Source: a virus (Duplodnaviria > Heunggongvirae > Uroviricota > Caudoviricetes). From it: a stretch of DNA of 31,090 nucleotides. Both the position numbers and the translations under genes were made by a program. Shown here piece after piece: positions 27,237 to 31,090 of the stretch; the first letter of the stretch is position 1; the number at the start of each line of letters is the position of its first letter. The DNA is taken from positions 1 through 31,090 of the IMG/VR virus record IMGVR_UViG_3300028534_000019. One strand, written 5' to 3'. The notes beneath the pieces were generated by a model that made no database searches, was not told the DNA's origin, and saw only the letters and a program-made list of their open reading frames with translations.

Positions 27237-27415
27237 TGAGCGAAAAAGATACTAAAACTCTTTATAATGATATAGTAGAATCAATAGAAAAAATAGATGA
27301 ATCTATGTCATATAAAGATTTGGCATTAGTAATTTCAAAAATACTAAAAGAGGATTATGGAGAACATAATTTCATACCTTTTATAGAAACACTGAAAAAA
27401 GATTTAGGATTGTAA
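27236..27415 (+). CDS. Small hypothetical protein (59 aa), missing from the ORF track
   Basis: TAATG coupling to the upstream gene; MSEKDTKTLYNDIVESIEKIDESMSYKDLALVISKILKEDYGEHNFIPFIETLKKDLGL*. Confidence 0.7.
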   Translation: MSEKDTKTLYNDIVESIEKIDESMSYKDLALVISKILKEDYGEHNFIPFIETLKKDLGL

Positions 27416-27423
27416 TATAAATA
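27416..27423 (+). promoter_or_regulatory. T4-type late promoter TATAAATA
   Basis: Perfect consensus, with a leader nearly identical to the one at 4531. Confidence 0.85.
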
Positions 27424-27444
27424 TTTACAAAAAGGAGTCTTTTT

Positions 27445-28725
27445 GTGGATACTAATTATGAGTCAGATACATTTACAGACCCTTTTCAACATATAGCATC
27501 TTGCCCAAGTTCTTCTGTTCCAATTAAACAATATTTAACAATAGATGATGGAACAGGAAAACTTTTTACATATGAATTACAAAAAGATTTAACTTGGAAA
27601 GAATATACTATAACACCCAACTTTTCAACAGACCCAATAGAACCTACAATAATAGATAATACTGATATAATTCCTAATATAGATGACCCTTATGATGTAG
27701 TAGGTTACAAAGACAAAGACCAAACTCACGATAACAATGATGGTGATACATTAGATGACATATTACCAGTTGATTATGATTTATTTGAAGATGGTACAAG
27801 AACTGAAAAAGGTGAAGATGAAACTATTACAGAAGTTTTATCAGTGCCAAGAGAACAGCATATTAAACAGACTGTTAGATATTTTACAGGGTGGGAAGTT
27901 AAGTATGTTGAATTAGAAAAAGTTATACAAAAAACAAACATACCACCAAAGGCTTGTAATGAATTAGATGCTAGTTGTTACACTGTTCCTGTACATTATT
28001 ACACTTCGTGTTCAACAGACCAAGAAGATAATCCTGAAGATTTGACTATTAATTGGCATTTATATAAAGATAATAATTCTTATGTAGAAATTTCAGAAGA
28101 TGATGATGGTAATGAAGTTAGAACAGTAGTACACGATGATGATAATTTAGATTGGGTTGAGGTAGCAACAAGAGAAGGTAATCCTGCTTTTAGTTATACA
28201 TATAATGATGAGGGGTATTATAAACTTACTGAAATAGCAATAGATAAAGATGATGCTGAAAATAATGTAGATAGATTATATGATATAGTATTTAAAAGTT
28301 GTGGTAGTGATACATCAGAACAAGATTTAATGGCTTCAGGTATAATTGAGGTTGAAGCAAATGTATGGCAACTTTGTGCAATACCTATGGTGTATGGTTA
28401 TTGGAATAAGGATACTCATAAAATAGCATATAATAAAGATGTAAGAAGTACAGTTAAAAATGTTATTATAGACCAAATTGAAGATGTTTATGGTACAGAA
28501 GCAAAAGACCTTATTATAGTAATTAATGGGTATGTTGGAGATGAGAATATATATAGAAATTATGTTCCTGGGTTTACAAAAGATACATCAGTACACAACT
28601 TTAAATTAGTATATATAGATGAAGATTATGATGTTGATGATGATATTACTAAATTTGAAATTAGTGGTTTTTGGATTAAATCAAAAGGAACACCTTTTGA
28701 GATAAAATGGGGAGTTGAAAAATGA
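27445..28725 (+). CDS. Acidic virion protein (426 aa) with a PKD-like segment and a C-terminal IIDQIEDVYG domain
   Basis: GTG start after GGAG. It contains FSYTYNDEGYYKLT (PKD-like), and its C-terminus is paralogous to 24783..25580. Confidence 0.7.
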   Translation: MDTNYESDTFTDPFQHIASCPSSSVPIKQYLTIDDGTGKLFTYELQKDLTWKEYTITPNFSTDPIEPTIIDNTDIIPNIDDPYDVVGYKDKDQTHDNNDGDTLDDILPVDYDLFEDGTRTEKGEDETITEVLSVPREQHIKQTVRYFTGWEVKYVELEKVIQKTNIPPKACNELDASCYTVPVHYYTSCSTDQEDNPEDLTINWHLYKDNNSYVEISEDDDGNEVRTVVHDDDNLDWVEVATREGNPAFSYTYNDEGYYKLTEIAIDKDDAENNVDRLYDIVFKSCGSDTSEQDLMASGIIEVEANVWQLCAIPMVYGYWNKDTHKIAYNKDVRSTVKNVIIDQIEDVYGTEAKDLIIVINGYVGDENIYRNYVPGFTKDTSVHNFKLVYIDEDYDVDDDITKFEISGFWIKSKGTPFEIKWGVEK

Positions 28726-30194
28726 GTTTGAACATAACACTAGCCGGAACAATATATAACAAAAATGGTGATGCTGTTGATGCTAAAGTTCAGGTTTTTG
28801 TATATAATAGTAATAATGGTTTAACCAAATGGAGTGATGTTAGAGATACAGAAGATACAGACTACAATATAAACTTAGGTGACCCTGATTTATCAGGTAA
28901 TGATAATACTTTAGGTTTAAATAATGTAGCTGGTGAGTATGCTTTAATTGCTGTTTGGTTAGATGGTTCAAGAACAGATAAAGATAATCCACCATCAGAA
29001 CTTGCTTTTGTTGTACAAGAAATGAAAGGTGATGATGTTTATCTTCAAGATATAATGTTAAAAGAACCATCAGCCATAACTTGTTCAGATTGGACTTTAC
29101 CAACAGAAGCAACAACAGAAGATACAATAATAGGAACTAATCAAAATACTAATGAATTTTCATATATAGAATTTGATAAAGAACATTTTGTCTATCATAA
29201 ATATTTTGATATTTCAGAAGTAATATTTTATGGTATGGGTGCTTGTAAAGTTGAATATGATTTTGGAGATGGTTATAGTACTTCAAATGTTCATACTGAA
29301 GATACAGGTGGAGATTTAGAAGTAAAAATTAAAGTTCAGGATTGTTATGGGAATATAGCTGAATGTTCTAAAACTATAAAAATATATTATATTATACATC
29401 AAGATTTTGTTTGGAGTCCTGATACAATATCTAAGGGTGATGATGTAAATATTGATGATAATTCAAGTGGAGATTTAGACCAAATATCTAAATATCAATT
29501 TGAAATAACTCTTGATGAAACTACTTATATAGATGGTTCAAATGTTACTTATACAGCTAATTCTTTTGGAAATATTTCTATTATAGAACATATAACTTAT
29601 TTTAATGGGTATGAGAATGTAACAATAGATTTAGAAAAAATCTTGTATATGGAAAATATCCCACCTCAGATAAATTTAGAAGCAATAGATATAAGTGATA
29701 ATGGTAGTCTTGAATATAAATTTATTCATAATGGCACTGATGAAGATGGTTATATTGAAAAAGTTAAATGGGAAATTTGGAGAAATAATCCTGATATTAA
29801 TGGTAATGATAATTGGAACTTATATTATACAACAGGTGAAATAAATGATTTAACACCGTGGGAATATAATTTTATTGATATTTTAGGTGAAATTAAAGTA
29901 ATTTCTACTGTTTATGATAATCAGGGAGCATCAGCATCACAAAGTTTTATAATTGAAAATAATTGTGATGATAAAGTAATATCTATTAATATTGAAAATG
30001 TAGATTGGACTAAAAAAGTTATTAAATTAAATTTTGATACAAAAGTAAATACATTAGAATTTTCTGAAAATATAGTTAAAATTGTTTGGGTTGAGAATAT
30101 TATTAAAGAACTTTGGAAAACTGATATTAAAAAATATAATTGGTCTGAAAAAATTAAAAAGATTACATTCTCATATAAAAATTGTAGAATATAA
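28722..30194 (+). CDS. Virion protein (490 aa): N-terminal NLGD domain, PKD-like domains and a short-repeat basic tail
   Basis: ATGA overlap with the upstream stop. It has YDFGDG and WSPDTISKGDDVNIDDNSSG (PKD-like) motifs and an N-terminus paralogous to 22541..24772. Confidence 0.7.
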   Translation: MSLNITLAGTIYNKNGDAVDAKVQVFVYNSNNGLTKWSDVRDTEDTDYNINLGDPDLSGNDNTLGLNNVAGEYALIAVWLDGSRTDKDNPPSELAFVVQEMKGDDVYLQDIMLKEPSAITCSDWTLPTEATTEDTIIGTNQNTNEFSYIEFDKEHFVYHKYFDISEVIFYGMGACKVEYDFGDGYSTSNVHTEDTGGDLEVKIKVQDCYGNIAECSKTIKIYYIIHQDFVWSPDTISKGDDVNIDDNSSGDLDQISKYQFEITLDETTYIDGSNVTYTANSFGNISIIEHITYFNGYENVTIDLEKILYMENIPPQINLEAIDISDNGSLEYKFIHNGTDEDGYIEKVKWEIWRNNPDINGNDNWNLYYTTGEINDLTPWEYNFIDILGEIKVISTVYDNQGASASQSFIIENNCDDKVISINIENVDWTKKVIKLNFDTKVNTLEFSENIVKIVWVENIIKELWKTDIKKYNWSEKIKKITFSYKNCRI

Positions 30195-30197
30195 ATA
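30190..30197 (+). promoter_or_regulatory. T4-type late promoter TATAAATA
   Basis: Perfect consensus overlapping the upstream stop codon, ahead of the GAGGAG RBS and ATG at 30220. Confidence 0.75.
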
Positions 30198-30219
30198 AAA
30201 TAAAAAGAGGAGTAATTTT

Positions 30220-30630
30220 ATGAAATTTACAGAGATGTTAGTGAGTGAAGATACAATACAAGAAAGTGAAAAATGGGCTAAGCAAGATTTAATTAATCTT
30301 ATTGAGGAACAAGAAATTGATGATGAAGAAATTATCGAAATTACAGAGGCTGTTTTAGAATATGTTGAAAGTATTAATGAAATTGCTTTAGATGAAAAAA
30401 TGAGTTCTCAAGCTAAAATTAAGGCAAATAAGTATAGAATGAAACCATCATTCAAAAAGGCTGATAGACTTAAAAAACAATGTATGGAAAAAAACAAAGA
30501 TAGAATAGCAAGTTCAGATGGTAAACTTACTTGTAACACTAAAGGTAAAGTTGTAAAAGGTATGCCAAAAGCAAAGAAAAAAGCATTACTTAAAGCAAGA
30601 AAGAAAAATGCTTCAAGAATAGTAGATTAA
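30220..30630 (+). CDS. Putative prohead core/internal protein, T4 gp68-like charge architecture (136 aa)
   Basis: Targeting-like N-terminus MKFTEMLVSE, an acidic first half ending SINEIALDE (compare T4 gp68 SINENMPLNE, from memory) and a very basic C-terminal half. Confidence 0.55.
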   Translation: MKFTEMLVSEDTIQESEKWAKQDLINLIEEQEIDDEEIIEITEAVLEYVESINEIALDEKMSSQAKIKANKYRMKPSFKKADRLKKQCMEKNKDRIASSDGKLTCNTKGKVVKGMPKAKKKALLKARKKNASRIVD

Positions 30631-30647
30631 TAAAAAAGTAGGATTTT

Positions 30648-31090
30648 ATGGAAGAGATAATTTTAATTAAAGCAGATAGTTCAGATATTTATGAATTTTC
30701 ATCAAAACAAATATCTTTATTAGATGATAAATGGGAAGGTAAATGGACAATTAGTAGTGCTTTAGGTGGTACACCTATATTGGAAGGAACTCTTGCTAAA
30801 AATACTACAATATTAAATGATGATTCTTTAGAAAATGAAGATTATAAAAAATCTTATGAAATTTTTGAAGGTGATAAAAATGATTTAGTTAATATAACTG
30901 ATGAAACTATTGATAGTGGCGTTCTAACATTAAAAGGAACTATAACTAATTCTGATGTAGTTGTACCTGATAAGTACTTATATATTACAATTACAGGCGT
31001 ATTTGTACCATATACAAGAACAGTAAGGGTTAAAACAAATACAAATGGTGAATTTGTTGCTAATATAGATTTAAAACCAACTATTAAAAC
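30648..31090 (+). CDS. Putative structural protein, 3'-truncated, missing from the ORF track
   Basis: AGGA RBS and an ATG at 30648 (MEEIILIKADSS...), open to the end of the window. Confidence 0.7.
   Translation, partial: MEEIILIKADSSDIYEFSSKQISLLDDKWEGKWTISSALGGTPILEGTLAKNTTILNDDSLENEDYKKSYEIFEGDKNDLVNITDETIDSGVLTLKGTITNSDVVVPDKYLYITITGVFVPYTRTVRVKTNTNGEFVANIDLKPTIK

Larger units (their letters stand above)
25158..28494. repeat. Perfect 30-bp inverted repeat (25158-25187 and 28465-28494), in frame in two paralogous genes
   Basis: attatagaccaaattgaagatgtttatggt on + at 28465 and on - at 25187-25158; both encode IIDQIEDVYG. Confidence 0.9.

Noticed and set aside
28840-29127. 95-aa minus-strand ORF
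   Set aside because: Leu-rich antisense shadow of 28722..30194.
1-31090. Stop-codon reassignment
   Set aside because: Genes are full length and tightly packed under the standard code, and TAA, TAG and TGA all end genes.

Overview
This window is a densely coding, very AT-rich (about 25% GC by eye, not computed) late/virion region of a large T4-related phage. Four lines of evidence support this. (1) Eleven perfect T4-type late promoters (TATAAATA) sit at gene boundaries, and two pairs of them form bidirectional palindromes. (2) A compact gp23/gp24-family capsid protein lies at 25624-26487. (3) Five scattered small genes start with a T4-like capsid-targeting sequence (M-x-x-F-x-E-h-h-x-E). (4) Many acidic, modular fibre/decoration-type proteins carry LamG, PA14-like, PKD/Ig-like and fibre-repeat motifs. 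Four host-type promoters of the form (T/A)TAAG-N11-TA(T/C)AAT suggest a Campylobacterota host (inference). The most notable unexplained signals are: a family of putative packaged and injected internal proteins; context-dependent codon choices that avoid GATC, CATG, GGWCC and GCWGC, with every Gly-Pro encoded as the palindrome CGGSCCG; and a perfect, in-frame 30-bp inverted repeat inside two mirror-image paralogous genes, which could invert a 3.3-kb segment and swap protein ends. I saw no rRNA, tRNA, CRISPR array, integrase/recombinase or reverse transcriptase. All motif counts were made by eye and need computational confirmation.
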